From Eledone cirrhosa (taxonomy: Eukaryota): 64,000 nucleotides of DNA. This document shows positions 63,331 through 64,000 of this stretch, one piece after another. Within the stretch, counting starts at the first letter, position 1; the number at the start of each line of letters is the position of its first letter. The notes under the pieces are model-generated. The model was given only the letters and a program-made list of their open reading frames with translations, was not told the DNA's origin and made no database searches. The stretch covers positions 244,156,001-244,220,000 of the forward strand of contig OZ024740.1 of the NCBI GenBank assembly GCA_964016885.1. The letters are read 5' to 3'. The translations under genes were made by a program, and so were the position numbers.

Positions 63331-63423
63331 GAAGTATTTCCGTAGGAAAGATAAAGGAAAAGAGAGTGCTCTATGTAGGCTACAGAGCTTTTTAGTTATG
63401 TAATAAACAGTATAAGATAATTA

Positions 63424-63487
63424 ATTCATTTACCAGTGGTTTCTTGAAGACAGATATTTATATCTGTCTTCAGTCGTCAGAATGAAT
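63424..63487 (-). ncRNA. Type I hammerhead with 12-bp stem II
   Basis: attcatt CTGACGA C TGAAGACAGATA-taaa-TATCTGTCTTCA A GAAA CCACTGG TA aatgaat. Confidence 0.88.
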
Positions 63488-63882
63488 AATATGGAATGTT
63501 TATTAAATATGGATTTGAAAATAAAGTTTAGGATAAAGGAAAGTGAGGCTGAAATATAATAACGGTCAAAAATTGAGGGGAAAAAATATAAATAAATATC
63601 CAGAACATAAACATACACACACTCAAACACGAGCTTATACGTATTAGTACGTAGTCATATACATTTTCACATAAGTGTATGTGCGTCTATATGGAAATAC
63701 GAACAGACATATAAACGTGTGATCTTTTGCTCACATATGCACACACACACAGGCGCACACTCACACAACTCAATAATAACGTAAAATCTATATATACACA
63801 CATGCATATCTCTCCATACACATATACATAAATATATACATATATATATATATATACATACATATAAACATATATATACACA

Positions 63883-64000
63883 CATATGTAGGAGGTGAGT
63901 TTTATTGTAGTACAATAAAGCAATGCAGATAGCGGATAAGAAGCACTCTACAGTTTGTAGGACTGGAGTATACATAATATATAAGAACAAAAGATGGTTA
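63883..64000 (-). repeat. Inverted, slightly diverged copy of ~63164-63278, running off the window
   Basis: gtaggaggtgagttttattgtagtac...aagatggtta is the reverse complement of 63164-63278 with a few changes. Confidence 0.9.

Noticed and set aside
56870-64000. HEX first (signal-peptide) exon and promoter
   Set aside because: No convincing candidate found by eye; it may lie beyond the window.

Overview
Repeat-saturated animal genomic DNA, not prokaryotic. The SINE types and (TA)n/(CA)n load suggest a coleoid cephalopod such as Octopus (inference). The only host gene I can support is a minus-strand beta-hexosaminidase (GH20, HEXA/HEXB-like). Six phase-compatible GT-AG exons lie between 2151 and ~56869 and splice into one open frame; the first and last exons were not located. 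The introns hold: two head-to-tail Tx1/L1-clade retrotransposons plus a third 3' remnant, all in (GATA)n; at least 8 Penelope-like element (PLE) copies or fragments, one near-complete with two pLTRs and one with 1.5-kb inverted arms; RTE, R4/Dong, Tc1/mariner and Helitron fragments; many Nin-domain tRNA-SINEs, one amplified to a 13x102-bp array; and micro/minisatellites. The strongest unannotated signal is roughly 20 type I hammerhead ribozyme motifs (about 8 with intact cores), most with a palindromic stem III. Many sit on short non-coding units inserted in (TA)n, either as fold-back palindromes or as ~420-bp terminally redundant retrozyme-like monomers. Most long ORFs in the supplied track are microsatellite artefacts. 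All alignments and folds were done by eye.
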